Assembly: GCA_041753035.1 (NCBI GenBank)
Contig: JBGSVI010000091.1
Span: forward strand, 22,148 to 86,147
Source of the DNA: Anaerolineales bacterium
GTDB taxonomy: Bacteria > Chloroflexota > Anaerolineae > Anaerolineales > Villigracilaceae
Direction: 5' to 3'
DNA length: 64,000 nt
Shown: positions 10,373 to 19,492 of the stretch, one piece after another
Layout: every line of letters starts with the position of its first letter
Position numbering within the stretch: position 1 is the stretch's first letter
Notes under the pieces: generated by a model
Told to the model about the DNA's origin: nothing
The model's input: the letters and a program-made list of their open reading frames with translations, nothing else
Database searches by the model: none
Position numbers and translations under genes: made by a program

Positions 10373-10375
10373 AGA

Positions 10376-10381
10376 TATAAT
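10376..10381 (+). promoter_or_regulatory. -10 hexamer TATAAT 9 nt upstream of the scpA ATG
   Basis: The plus strand reads gaTATAATccccgtgccATG. It is back-to-back with the moaC hexamer. Confidence 0.3.
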
Positions 10382-10390
10382 CCCCGTGCC

Positions 10391-11164
10391 ATGGAACTGA
10401 ACATTGCCGGACATCAAACAGGGAATTACTCTGTAGCCATCCCTGTTTATGAAGGACCACTTGACCTGCTGCTGCAATTGATCGAGCATGCGGAACTGGA
10501 TATCACCGTGGTCTCCCTTGCGCAGGTCACCGACCAATACCTGGGGTACATCCACCAGATGCATGTACCCGCAGACGAGGTCTCGGCTTTCCTGGTGGTG
10601 GCCGCCAAGTTGATCCAGATCAAGTCGGAAGCCCTGCTGCCCAGGCCGCCGGTCCGGGAAGTGGGCGAGGAAGACCCGGGCGAATCCCTGGCACGCCAGC
10701 TACGCATCTACAAACGTTTCAAAGAACTGGCTGGCTGGTTTAAAGACCGCCAGGAAAACCACCTGCGCACATTCCTGCGCGTGGCATCCCCTCCAAGGAT
10801 GGAGAAGAAACTGGATCTTTCGGGACTCAGCCTGGCAGACCTGATGGCAGCGGCAGAGGCGGTGTTCAAAGAGGAGCAGGACAAGGAAGCGCTGGGGACA
10901 GTGATCACCGCGCCGCGCATCACCATCCGGGAAAAGATCGCCTGGTTAACCGAAAAATTGAGAGGGGTAGAGAAAACATCCTTCCGGGACTTGATCGGGG
11001 ATCAACCTGACCGGCTGGATGTCGTGGTCACCTTCCTGGCACTGCTGGAACTGGTGAAACGCTACCGGGTGTACGCCAGGCAGGAGGGGTTGTTCAGTGA
11101 CATCCAGATAGAAAAGTTGGAAGAGTGGAAGGAAGACGATGAACTGGAGATCGAGTTCGAGTGA
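10391..11164 (+). CDS. scpA: Segregation and condensation protein A (kleisin ScpA)
   Basis: These are the last 258 codons of the 570-aa track ORF. The N-terminal block [26 protein letters not shown] is matched as [32 protein letters not shown]. Confidence 0.85.
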   Translation: MELNIAGHQTGNYSVAIPVYEGPLDLLLQLIEHAELDITVVSLAQVTDQYLGYIHQMHVPADEVSAFLVVAAKLIQIKSEALLPRPPVREVGEEDPGESLARQLRIYKRFKELAGWFKDRQENHLRTFLRVASPPRMEKKLDLSGLSLADLMAAAEAVFKEEQDKEALGTVITAPRITIREKIAWLTEKLRGVEKTSFRDLIGDQPDRLDVVVTFLALLELVKRYRVYARQEGLFSDIQIEKLEEWKEDDELEIEFE

Positions 11165-11178
11165 GAGGCATACGCATC

Positions 11179-11535
11179 TCACTTCTTGTTTCGCCACCAA
11201 TAGGCAGCGGACAGCAAGACAAGAGCACCGCCAGTATCAAACACCAGGGCATCCACCAGGCTGGGATGGCGTCCAGGAGTGAATGACTGGTGAAACTCGT
11301 CCGATAGCGCATACAGGACAGTCAGCAGGAAAGCTAACCAGACGCGCTTAGGATCCCAGCGCAAGGCAAACCAATACGATAAAGCCAGAATACCATAGCC
11401 AAACGCATGCCCACCTTTTTTTACCAGAGTATCCCAAAGGCCGAAGGCGGGCATAGACCAGGAGGGGATGGAAGAAAGTACAAAGACCACGAGCATGAGC
11501 AGGACAGACGGAAGCCAGCGTAGAGTTTTCTTCAT
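11179..11535 (-). CDS. VanZ-like family membrane protein
   Basis: 118 aa with 4 TM helices and a SDEFHQSFTPGR motif typical of VanZ-like proteins. Confidence 0.7.
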   Translation of the reverse strand: MKKTLRWLPSVLLMLVVFVLSSIPSWSMPAFGLWDTLVKKGGHAFGYGILALSYWFALRWDPKRVWLAFLLTVLYALSDEFHQSFTPGRHPSLVDALVFDTGGALVLLSAAYWWRNKK

Positions 11536-12299
11536 TCAAGGAACTCTAAGAGCAGACAATTGAATGCTTCCGGTTGATCCACATTCACGGCATGATTTGC
11601 ATTCGGTAAAATCGCCTGGCGGGCAGTAGGCAGAGCATCGGCAAGCTCTTTTTGGCGCAGCGGTGAGACCGTGGAATCATCCGCCCCGGTGACCACCAGA
11701 GCAGGCAGATCAAGCCGACCAAGCCACTTACGGGAATCAAAGAAAGCCAGGGAGCGCATGGCAAGGCGATAGGCCCGCGGGTCAGAGGAAGCGATCGCGG
11801 ACACAAGCAAGTCACGCAAGGCACCCTGTCTGGGACCCGGGAAGACACGCCCAGCAACGATGCGAGCCTGCGCATCCAACCCGAGCAGGCATACGGAAAA
11901 AGCACGCCTCAGGAAATAGAACCAAGCGTTCATGTTCTCCGGACGCAATACAGCAAAGGTGCTGACCAGGACGAGTTTCTTCGTGAGGGATGGAAAATCC
12001 AAAGCGAACTGCTGGGCGATGACCCCGCCCAACGAGAGGCCGACCACATGCGCCGCGTTGGTATCCATTTCCTCCAGCATATCCGCCACCTGCGCAGCAA
12101 CACTCTGTGGGCTCCAGCCGTGACCGGAATATGGCGAGTCACCAAAACCGGGTAGATCCGGCGCCAAAGGGCGAAAGCCGGCAGCGGTAAGCGCGGGGAA
12201 CTGCAATGTCCAGGAAGCACCCGTGGCGCCGAGACCATGCAAGAGCAGGACGGCAGGGCTACCCTCAGGGTTGGGATCAAGGAAGTGCAATTGGGTCAT
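11532..12299 (-). CDS. Alpha/beta-fold hydrolase
   Basis: It has an HG oxyanion motif (VLLLHGLG) and the nucleophile elbow GLSLGG. I chose the ATG at 12299 because it makes an ATGA overlap with the upstream stop. The track start at 12317 is a TTG. Confidence 0.8.
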   Translation of the reverse strand: MTQLHFLDPNPEGSPAVLLLHGLGATGASWTLQFPALTAAGFRPLAPDLPGFGDSPYSGHGWSPQSVAAQVADMLEEMDTNAAHVVGLSLGGVIAQQFALDFPSLTKKLVLVSTFAVLRPENMNAWFYFLRRAFSVCLLGLDAQARIVAGRVFPGPRQGALRDLLVSAIASSDPRAYRLAMRSLAFFDSRKWLGRLDLPALVVTGADDSTVSPLRQKELADALPTARQAILPNANHAVNVDQPEAFNCLLLEFLE

Positions 12300-13480
12300 G
12301 CGTGGAGATTCTTCCAAACCTGCTGGACGTGAGCACGATCGTGACCCGCCATGAAATCGGCCAATTCAAGCAAGGTTGTGGGACCAAAAATGGCATGCCG
12401 GGCAGGACGAGACCAGGAATCCTCTTCACCGTCGAGAAGAGACAAAGTCTCCAGGCGGGCTTGCAGGAATGCCCGCAAGGCGGCACGCCCGTCCTGGGCA
12501 GCATAGTTGCGCGACTGCACCCAGTCATCCGAGACGACACCAGGGAGGAAAGGATTTTCTTCAGCGAGGATCTTGCGGAGGCGAGGCTGGTAGACATCCA
12601 ACTCCACATCACGCAGATGGCAGAAAATCTCGGTGAAGCACCACTCCTCTGCTGCCGGGCGACTGGCCCAGGAAGCAGGCGCAATCCCGGTCACCAGGGT
12701 ATCCAGGGCAGCCGGAGTGGAACGGAGTAGGCTGAGGATCGTTCCAGGTGATGAAAAAGAATGGCTGATCATTGCAGGATCGGTGGTTTCGAGCCACAGG
12801 CGCAGCGCAGAAAAATTTCCTTGAGGAATATCAGGGTGGCTATCATCGCGCCCCTCACGCAACCAAAAGACAGGCAGCCCGGCGCTGCGTGCTGGCAGGA
12901 GGTCCATATCGAGGTCGTTGCCTACCATGACGACCGGACCCTCTGGCCAACCGAGCTGAGCAAGGAATTCGGGGAAATAGGCGGTTACTTCCTTGGTGAA
13001 ATGGAAACTCTCGTACGATGACACGAGTGCAAAGTTGTATTCTTCCGGAGGAAGACCCGCCCAACGCAGGCGGTGATGGATCGCCTTCAATGGGAAGTAG
13101 GGATTGGTTGCCACGCCAACCCGGTGACCAGCGCCGAATGCCCAACGGACAAAATCGATCGCCTGCGGGCGCTGCCGGGTGACATGGGCAAGAGAGGGGA
13201 AGATCTCATCATAAAAATGATCGATCTTCTCCTGCAGTGCATTGGGATCGGAACCAAGTTGCGGAAAGAACCAAGCATCAAAAACCTGGCGCAGGGTAAG
13301 CGAGGGATCTTCGTTCTGCATCATGGCTTTTGTGCCGCCCATGAGGGCCGGTAACATCACATCTGGTGAGACAGTATCCGCCAAAGCAGAAGCAAGAGCA
13401 GAAAAATAAGCCGGAACAAAAGCCTGGACGTTGGTATCCAGCAAGGTGTCGTCAAGGTCGAGGAGCAGCGTAATTGTCAT
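12296..13480 (-). CDS. HAD-superfamily hydrolase fused to a C-terminal DinB-like four-helix-bundle domain
   Basis: 394 aa. HAD motif I is LLLDLDDTLLDT. The C-terminal ~150 aa carry DinB-type His residues (CHLRDVE ... AGHDRAHV). Confidence 0.75.
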   Translation of the reverse strand: MTITLLLDLDDTLLDTNVQAFVPAYFSALASALADTVSPDVMLPALMGGTKAMMQNEDPSLTLRQVFDAWFFPQLGSDPNALQEKIDHFYDEIFPSLAHVTRQRPQAIDFVRWAFGAGHRVGVATNPYFPLKAIHHRLRWAGLPPEEYNFALVSSYESFHFTKEVTAYFPEFLAQLGWPEGPVVMVGNDLDMDLLPARSAGLPVFWLREGRDDSHPDIPQGNFSALRLWLETTDPAMISHSFSSPGTILSLLRSTPAALDTLVTGIAPASWASRPAAEEWCFTEIFCHLRDVELDVYQPRLRKILAEENPFLPGVVSDDWVQSRNYAAQDGRAALRAFLQARLETLSLLDGEEDSWSRPARHAIFGPTTLLELADFMAGHDRAHVQQVWKNLHA

Positions 13481-13543
13481 GAGCAGCAGACCGGATCCTT
13501 TTTCTGGATATCAACCAGAGATAGCAAGCCCCCTACTTTACCC

Positions 13544-13888
13544 TCACTTCCCGATCTTGAATTCGGGGGGGAGGGGATGACATTCACCGCAGCCGATGTG
13601 CGGATCAAAACCCGAGCGGGCGGTCCTTTCACAAAATGCGGTTACCTGGACACGTTTTTGAAAGAAAGCGGCCAGCGGGCGGGTTACCTCAGCATGCAAA
13701 CGCATCGTTTCGCAAGCATTGGCGCGGGCAATCCCGGGCACCGGACAGGTGGAACACAAGGCACGAATCCATGCAGAACCAAGCAAGCCACATTCTTCCT
13801 GGTTGCGGCCGCGGTGGTAATCGCCATAGAAATATTTACATTCCGTCCCGGCTGGGGTGCGCATATTCCTTGAACTCCCGTCCTCCAT
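13544..13888 (-). CDS. Hypothetical Cys-rich small protein (8 Cys, includes CSTC and CGEC pairs)
   Basis: 114 aa from the ATG at 13888 (the track start at 13891 is TTG). Codon usage looks genome-like. I recognise no family and see no clear SD. Confidence 0.5.
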   Translation of the reverse strand: MEDGSSRNMRTPAGTECKYFYGDYHRGRNQEECGLLGSAWIRALCSTCPVPGIARANACETMRLHAEVTRPLAAFFQKRVQVTAFCERTARSGFDPHIGCGECHPLPPEFKIGK

Positions 13889-13908
13889 CAAACGGCGGGA
13901 AGAGTGGA

Positions 13909-14466
13909 TCAGACACGGGTCACGTACGTGCCATCACGGGTATCCACCCGAATGGTATCGCCTTCTTTGACGAAGTTGGGGCACTGCACCTGGGCGCCAG
14001 TCTCGACGGTCACTTTCTTGGTCACCCCGGTGGCAGTGTCGCCGCGCACGGCAACCTCAGAATGAACAACTTTCAAGTCAACGGTGAGAGGCAATTCGAT
14101 ATCCAGGGGTTCGCCTTTATAGAAGGTCAATTTGCAGAGCATGCCTTCGAGCAGGAAGTTCACCGAATCGCCCAGGATATCGCTGGCAATGCCAGGTTGA
14201 TCAAAGGTTTCCTGGTCCATGAAGTAATAATTATCACCATCATTGTAGAGGTACTGAACATTATGGAAGTCTAGGCGGGCTTCCTGAACCTGCGACCCAG
14301 AGATGAAGGTTTTTTCCAGGTTGGAACCGGTGCGCAGATTGCGCGCCTTGATCTTGATGGTGGCATTTCCGCGACCTGGTTTGTGGTGACTATATTCAAT
14401 TACTTTAAAGAGATTCCCCTCCAGTTCAAATGTCACACCTTTGCGAAGCGAATTGACGTCAATCAT
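13909..14466 (-). CDS. efp: Translation elongation factor P
   Basis: 185 aa with canonical three-domain EF-P colinearity. The loop-tip sequence is HHKPGR32GNA. Confidence 0.95.
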   Translation of the reverse strand: MIDVNSLRKGVTFELEGNLFKVIEYSHHKPGRGNATIKIKARNLRTGSNLEKTFISGSQVQEARLDFHNVQYLYNDGDNYYFMDQETFDQPGIASDILGDSVNFLLEGMLCKLTFYKGEPLDIELPLTVDLKVVHSEVAVRGDTATGVTKKVTVETGAQVQCPNFVKEGDTIRVDTRDGTYVTRV

Positions 14467-14516
14467 TGTTTTCTTTCCTTATTGATCAGTGGATACAAAA
14501 TCAGCAAACGGGCGGG

Positions 14517-14525
14517 ATTATACCA
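14517..14525 (-). promoter_or_regulatory. Extended -10 promoter element TGgTATAAT upstream of efp
   Basis: The minus strand reads ccggTGGTATAATccc, about 50 nt upstream of the efp ATG. An AAGGAAAG SD follows. Confidence 0.4.
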
Positions 14526-14537
14526 CCGGGGAGGCGG

Positions 14538-15032
14538 TTAGTGGTGCGATTCGGCGGTGGGGTCTTCCTGCAGCAGTTCCACCGCATGCGGCAGGACAGG
14601 CAGGATGACCTGCAGATTCTCAATGGCTCCCTTCGGACTCCCAGGCAGATCCACGATGAGAACCCTGCCACGCATCCCCGCCACCGCGCGCGAGAGCATG
14701 GCATGCGGCGTGACTTTCAAACTGGCAAGGCGCATGGCCTCCGCCAGGCCGGGAGCCTCCCGGTCAATGACGGCGCGCGTGGCTTCCGGAGTGATATCAC
14801 GCGGAGCAAAGCCCGTACCCCCAGTGATGAGGATCACATCCAGGTCGCCGCGGTCAGCCCAGATGGAGAGCGTCTCACGCAGGATGACCAGGTCATCGGG
14901 GAGGATCTCCTGACGAACCACCAACCAGCCCTGCGAACGAACCACCTCAGCAAGCGCCGGTCCCGAAAGATCAGGGCGCTCGCCGCGAGAGGAACGGTCC
15001 GAAGCAGTAACAATACCGAGGCGCAAGGTCAT
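14538..15032 (-). CDS. mogA: Molybdenum cofactor biosynthesis protein MogA/MoaB family (MPT adenylyltransferase-like)
   Basis: 164 aa with IVTASDR...ILITGGTGFAPRD motifs. Confidence 0.85.
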   Translation of the reverse strand: MTLRLGIVTASDRSSRGERPDLSGPALAEVVRSQGWLVVRQEILPDDLVILRETLSIWADRGDLDVILITGGTGFAPRDITPEATRAVIDREAPGLAEAMRLASLKVTPHAMLSRAVAGMRGRVLIVDLPGSPKGAIENLQVILPVLPHAVELLQEDPTAESHH

Positions 15033-15461
15033 TTACAGATCCTTGCCATAAGTCAATACGGTTTCCATGCGTGACCAGCCGCGCTTTTCATAGAAATGGA
15101 TTGCGGTTGCGTTGTCAGCCGTAACCAGCAAATAACACCGGATGCAGCCCCGGACGCTCAGGCGTTTCTCCACCTCTTCCATCAGCAAGCTTCCCAATCC
15201 ACCTGTGCGGCAGGAAGGCTCCACTGCCAGGTGGTAGATAAGTCCGCGACGACCATCGAAGCCGCCTATCACGGTGCCCACCAGGCGTCCTTCCAGTTCG
15301 GCAACCAGGAAGAGATCCGGATCACGCTCCAGTTTCTTGAATATCTCTTCAGGGGAATCCGAGCGACGCAATTGGATGCCAGGACCAGCATTTTCCCACA
15401 ACTCCCGGGCAGCAGGGTAGTCCTGCGGGAATGAAAACTCGCGAATATGGATGGGTGTCAT
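15033..15461 (-). CDS. GNAT-family N-acetyltransferase
   Basis: 142 aa with the acetyl-CoA binding motif V.P..R..GLGS.L. It abuts mogA and overlaps the receiver gene by 4 nt. Confidence 0.8.
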   Translation of the reverse strand: MTPIHIREFSFPQDYPAARELWENAGPGIQLRRSDSPEEIFKKLERDPDLFLVAELEGRLVGTVIGGFDGRRGLIYHLAVEPSCRTGGLGSLLMEEVEKRLSVRGCIRCYLLVTADNATAIHFYEKRGWSRMETVLTYGKDL

Positions 15462-15817
15462 TCAGGAGAACCCGCACGAAGCATGGCGAACAATTCATCC
15501 GGCATGTAGGGCTTGAGCAAGAAATCATCCGCCCCGGCAGCCTTGCATTCCTCGGATTTATCGATCCCGGAAACCATGATGATTCGAACGTGCTTGAGAT
15601 CCTCGGTGGCACGTACCTGTCGAACGATCTCCAATCCACTGATCGTTTCCAGGTGAAGGTCAAGGAGGAGGATATCTGGGTTTTCGCGACGAATATTATC
15701 GATCAGATCGCCTTTCTGGTCCAACAAAGACGAGGTCTCGAAACCCACCATACCCAGGAGAGTTTTAAGCAGGGCAACCATGGTGAAATCATCATCAGCC
15801 AGAAGAACTTTTATCAT
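15458..15817 (-). CDS. Stand-alone response-regulator receiver domain protein
   Basis: 119 aa. It has the acidic pocket ADDD, the phospho-acceptor context ILLLDLHL, the conserved S (IMVSG) and K (LLKP), and no output domain. Confidence 0.85.
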   Translation of the reverse strand: MIKVLLADDDFTMVALLKTLLGMVGFETSSLLDQKGDLIDNIRRENPDILLLDLHLETISGLEIVRQVRATEDLKHVRIIMVSGIDKSEECKAAGADDFLLKPYMPDELFAMLRAGSPE

Positions 15818-18398
15818 TTTCCTTCCCTTCAGGCCTGCTCTTTGGCTTTCGCTCGGGGCGGGCAGGTTTTTCCAGGGCGGCTTTGATCACATCATTGACC
15901 GTGGAGGCAAAGATGAAGGTCATCTCTTTGGTGATCTCCTTGGGGATATCCTCCAGGTCGAGCTGGTTGCGCCTGGGAAGGATGACGGTCTTGATGCCTG
16001 CGCGGTGGGCGGCAAGCATCTTTTCCTTGATGCCACCAACTGGCATGACCTGGCCGCGCAAGGTGATCTCACCGGTCATGCTGACACCTTGTTTTATCGG
16101 ACGCCCGGAGATGAGTGAAACCAAGGCAGTGGCCATGGTGACACCTGCCGAAGGGCCATCCTTTGGTTGGGCACCAGCGGGGATATGCATATGGATATCC
16201 ATCCTGTCATAGAAATCGACAGGGATGCCGATCTCAGCGGCGTGGGAACGAACATAGGAGAGGGCGGCACGCGCTGATTCCTGCATGACATTGCCAACTG
16301 AGCCGGTCACCTGAAAGCCCTTTGCTCCCGCCATACTGGTGGCTTCGATAAAAAGGATGTCCCCCCCAAAGGGGGTCCAAGCCAGACCAGGAACAACCCC
16401 GGGGATGGAGGCGCGGGTAAAGACTTCTTCATTCTCCATGAAGATGGGATGTCCAAGGAGTTCACGAACCACGCGCGGGGTGATCCTGGTGGGCCGGGTC
16501 TTGCCTTCCGCAATGCGGGTACCCACCTTGCGGTTTACAGCTCCGATCTTGCGCTCCAGGTTGCGCACCCCGGCTTCGCGGGTATATTCGTTGATGATGA
16601 CCTTCAGTGCATCGCGCGTGAAGGAGACTTCATCGGTATGGAGGCTGTTCTCACGCAACTGGCGGGGAATGAGGTAACCCCGGGCGATGGCAATCTTCTC
16701 AGTCTCGGTATACCCGGACAGGTGGATCACCTCCATGCGATCGAGCAGCGGACCGGGGATGGTCTCCAACTGGTTGGCAGTGGTGATGAAAAAAACCTGG
16801 GACAGGTCATAGGCGACTTCAAGATAATTGTCACGAAACTCGATATTTTGTTCCGGGTCGAGCACCTCAAGCAGCGCAGAAGCGGGGTCACCATGGAAAT
16901 CAAAGGTCAGTTTATCGATCTCGTCCAACATGAAGACCGGGTTGCGCGATTCCACGCGGCGCAGGGACTGCAGAATGCGCCCCGGCATGGCACCGATATA
17001 GGTGCGGCGGTGACCGCGGATCTCGGCTTCATCGCGCACCCCGCCCAGCGAGGCACGGATGAACTTGCGCTCCATTGCCCGGGCGATGGACTGCCCGAGA
17101 GAGGTCTTGCCCACACCCGGTGGACCGATGAAGCACAGGATCACGCCTTCGCGCTCACGGCGAATCAGATCCCGGGAGGCATCTTTTTTCTCGTCCCTGC
17201 GGTCCAGGCGCAGTTTACGGATGGCGAGGAATTCAAGGATGCGTTCCTTGACATCGTCAAGCCCGAAGTGATCCTGGTTAAGCACCTGGCGGGCATGCGC
17301 GATATCCAGGTTATCATTCGTGGACAGGCTCCAAGGCAGCGATACCAGCCAATCCAAGTAAGTGCGGATGACACCATATTCGGCTGCCGCCGTTGGCAAG
17401 CGTGCCATGCGGTCCAATTCGCGGCGGGCCATCTTGTCAGATTCTTCAGGCATTCTGGCGGTTTCGATCTTCCGGCGGAACTCATCCACCTCGACCGCCT
17501 GTTCATCCTTCTCGCCAAGTTCCTTCTGGATGGCTTTCATCTGCTCACGCAGGAAGTATTCGCGCTGCACCTGCTCGATGCCGGAGCGGGCCTCATTCTG
17601 GATCTTTGCGCCAAGGGTCAATACTTCCGCTTCACGCACCAGCAGATCCACCAGTTTCTCCAACTTGGCCTTGGTGGAATCAAATTCAAGGATCGCCTGG
17701 GCGTCCTGCAGATCTATGCGCTGGAAATTGGCGATCGTGTAGACCGTCTGGAGGGGATCTTCCAACTGAACCACGGAGGCGACCAATTCACGAGGAATGG
17801 AAGGGGTCAACTGGGAAATCTGCTCGAACTGATCGCGGGCAGTGCGGGCCAGAGCGTCGATCTCTAATCCAGATTCCACCAGTTCAGGAGCGATCTCGAT
17901 GCGCGCCTTCAGATATGGTTCCTGACCGACAAATTCCAGGATGCGGAAACGCATCATCCCCTGCACCAGCAGGCGTATGGTGTTATCAGGGGCGCGGAAC
18001 AAGCGATGAACAGTGGCAAGCGTACCAACAGGGTGGAGGTCCTCTGGCCCCGGGTTCTCCAGTTCAGGGTTCCTGGAAGCTACCAGGCCAACCATCTTAT
18101 CGGTGGTAATGGAGACGTCATCCACCAGGCGGATGGAACGAGGCTGGCCAATCGTTAGTGGGACAGCCGTCTGGGGAAAAACCACCACACCACGCAGCGG
18201 CAGGATGGGGATGAACTCTGGCAATTTGGCTTCTTCTTCTTCCGGTGTGGCAGAAGGCGTGCTATCCTTCTCCGCTTCCTCTTTTTTCTGCAAACGGGTA
18301 AATATGGAGGGAATAAATAACTCTTCAAGAGACGAATCGGTCTCTTGAAGCCAGTCAAAGGGTTCGAGCAAGCCTGAATGCCAGCGTGTTGCAGACAT
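15795..18398 (-). CDS. lon: ATP-dependent Lon protease (LonA type)
   Basis: 867 aa with an N-terminal LON domain, Walker [10 protein letters not shown], the protease motif [15 protein letters not shown] and a downstream Lys. Confidence 0.95.
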   Translation of the reverse strand: MSATRWHSGLLEPFDWLQETDSSLEELFIPSIFTRLQKKEEAEKDSTPSATPEEEEAKLPEFIPILPLRGVVVFPQTAVPLTIGQPRSIRLVDDVSITTDKMVGLVASRNPELENPGPEDLHPVGTLATVHRLFRAPDNTIRLLVQGMMRFRILEFVGQEPYLKARIEIAPELVESGLEIDALARTARDQFEQISQLTPSIPRELVASVVQLEDPLQTVYTIANFQRIDLQDAQAILEFDSTKAKLEKLVDLLVREAEVLTLGAKIQNEARSGIEQVQREYFLREQMKAIQKELGEKDEQAVEVDEFRRKIETARMPEESDKMARRELDRMARLPTAAAEYGVIRTYLDWLVSLPWSLSTNDNLDIAHARQVLNQDHFGLDDVKERILEFLAIRKLRLDRRDEKKDASRDLIRREREGVILCFIGPPGVGKTSLGQSIARAMERKFIRASLGGVRDEAEIRGHRRTYIGAMPGRILQSLRRVESRNPVFMLDEIDKLTFDFHGDPASALLEVLDPEQNIEFRDNYLEVAYDLSQVFFITTANQLETIPGPLLDRMEVIHLSGYTETEKIAIARGYLIPRQLRENSLHTDEVSFTRDALKVIINEYTREAGVRNLERKIGAVNRKVGTRIAEGKTRPTRITPRVVRELLGHPIFMENEEVFTRASIPGVVPGLAWTPFGGDILFIEATSMAGAKGFQVTGSVGNVMQESARAALSYVRSHAAEIGIPVDFYDRMDIHMHIPAGAQPKDGPSAGVTMATALVSLISGRPIKQGVSMTGEITLRGQVMPVGGIKEKMLAAHRAGIKTVILPRRNQLDLEDIPKEITKEMTFIFASTVNDVIKAALEKPARPERKPKSRPEGKENDKSSSG

Positions 18399-18423
18399 GA
18401 ATAATCAATCCTGGATGGAAACC

Positions 18424-18810
18424 TCAGTAGGTTTTTAATTTGGGAAAGGTGATGGTCAGAAAACCATCCGCATAATTAGCCTCGACATGGCTGGTATCCA
18501 CGCCCTGAGGAAGATCCACACTGGTGCTGAACTCGCCAAAACGGATCTCCATCTGGTGGTAGGAGCGACATTCCTGGGATTCAGTACGCGTCCCAGTGAT
18601 GATGAGGGCCTGTCCGTTCACCGCCACCTGAAAGTCAGCACCATTCATGCCAGCCAATTCCACGCGGACGACAAAGTTCGACCCAGTCTCGAACACATCC
18701 GTGGGCGGGCTCCAGGCATAGGAGCGAATATCAACCTGCCAGCCAAGGGACTGCATGCGGGCAGGTTTCTTTTGCATAACGAGATCAGATTTTCGAATCA
18801 GCGCTGACAT
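18424..18810 (-). CDS. Hsp20/alpha-crystallin small heat-shock protein
   Basis: Trimmed to the ATG at 18810, which is preceded by AGGAG. The alpha-crystallin core reads ...DVFETGSNFVVRVELAGM...GFLTITFPK. Confidence 0.85.
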   Translation of the reverse strand: MSALIRKSDLVMQKKPARMQSLGWQVDIRSYAWSPPTDVFETGSNFVVRVELAGMNGADFQVAVNGQALIITGTRTESQECRSYHQMEIRFGEFSTSVDLPQGVDTSHVEANYADGFLTITFPKLKTY

Positions 18811-18820
18811 GGCAATGCTC

Positions 18821-19348
18821 CTACTCCAGCGAGGCCTTAATCGCCGACAATACCTGCTCATAGTCAGGCTCAACACCCAAGGCGGGCATATAGGCAGCGT
18901 AGACGATCACGCCACCGCGATCCACCACGAATACCGCCCGCCGCAAGATGCGCACCTCTTTCATCAGGCAGCCATATTTCATACCAAAATCTGCGGTGAG
19001 GTGGTCAGAGAGTACCATCACCTGCTCCACGCCAGCCGCCCCACACCAGCGTTTCTGGGCAAAAGGAAGGTCTGTACTGATTACCAGCAAGGCGACATCC
19101 GTACCAAGAGAGGCAGCCTCAATATTGAACCGCCGCGTCTCGCGGTCGCAGACATCGGTATCCAGAGAAGGTACGGCGGCAATCAGTCGAACCTTGCCGG
19201 CAGTATCCGCAAGGCCTTTAAAGAGAGTCCAATCCTGCGCATGGACGGCGAAATCCGGGGCGGCATCTCCTGCTGTCAGGTCGGGACCAACGACGGTCAC
19301 ATCCTGGCCTCTGAATTTGACAAGACCGAAGCGTTCATTGGTCATCAT
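18821..19348 (-). CDS. tpx: Thiol peroxidase (atypical 2-Cys peroxiredoxin Tpx)
   Basis: 175 aa. The peroxidatic Cys context is SLDTDVCD and the resolving Cys context is QKRWCGA. Confidence 0.9.
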   Translation of the reverse strand: MMTNERFGLVKFRGQDVTVVGPDLTAGDAAPDFAVHAQDWTLFKGLADTAGKVRLIAAVPSLDTDVCDRETRRFNIEAASLGTDVALLVISTDLPFAQKRWCGAAGVEQVMVLSDHLTADFGMKYGCLMKEVRILRRAVFVVDRGGVIVYAAYMPALGVEPDYEQVLSAIKASLE

Positions 19349-19398
19349 TTCCTCCTTTTCCCCTTACAATTCGTCGCGGGAAGAATACCGAAGAGAAG

Positions 19399-19474
19399 TG
19401 GCGCCCCTGGCGCGGATCGAACGCGCAACCTACTGCTTAGAAGGCAGGTGCTCTGTCCATTGAGCTACAGGGGC
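19399..19474 (-). tRNA. tRNA-Arg (anticodon UCU), CCA encoded
   Basis: A hand-folded cloverleaf from the reverse complement GCCCCTGTAGCTCAATGGACAGAGCACCTGCCTTCTAAGCAGTAGGTTGCGCGTTCGATCCGCGCCAGGGGCGCCA. It has a 7-bp acceptor, a GCTC/GAGC D stem, the anticodon loop CTTCTAA, a GCGCG/CGCGC T stem and the TTCGATC loop. There is one C27-U43 mismatch. Confidence 0.85.
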
Positions 19475-19492
19475 AGGTTCACCATCTCCAGA

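Noticed and set aside
9851-10390. A molybdenum-cofactor riboswitch ahead of the moa genes.
   Set aside because: The only non-coding DNA upstream of moaC is 30 bp. A Moco RNA motif needs well over 100 nt.
9452-11164. A 570-aa plus-strand ORF spanning the moaE-moaD-moaC region and scpA.
   Set aside because: Its first ~310 codons are antisense to three well-supported Moco genes and have no recognisable protein features. Only the last 258 codons, from the ATG at 10391, match ScpA. The long open frame is a GC-rich antisense artefact.
19349-19492. The tRNA-Arg(UCU) locus as an integration hotspot for a genomic island.
   Set aside because: I saw no integrase, excisionase, direct repeat of the tRNA 3' end or compositional break on either side. 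The flanking genes (tpx, hsp20, lon and the native-looking unknown pair) look chromosomal.
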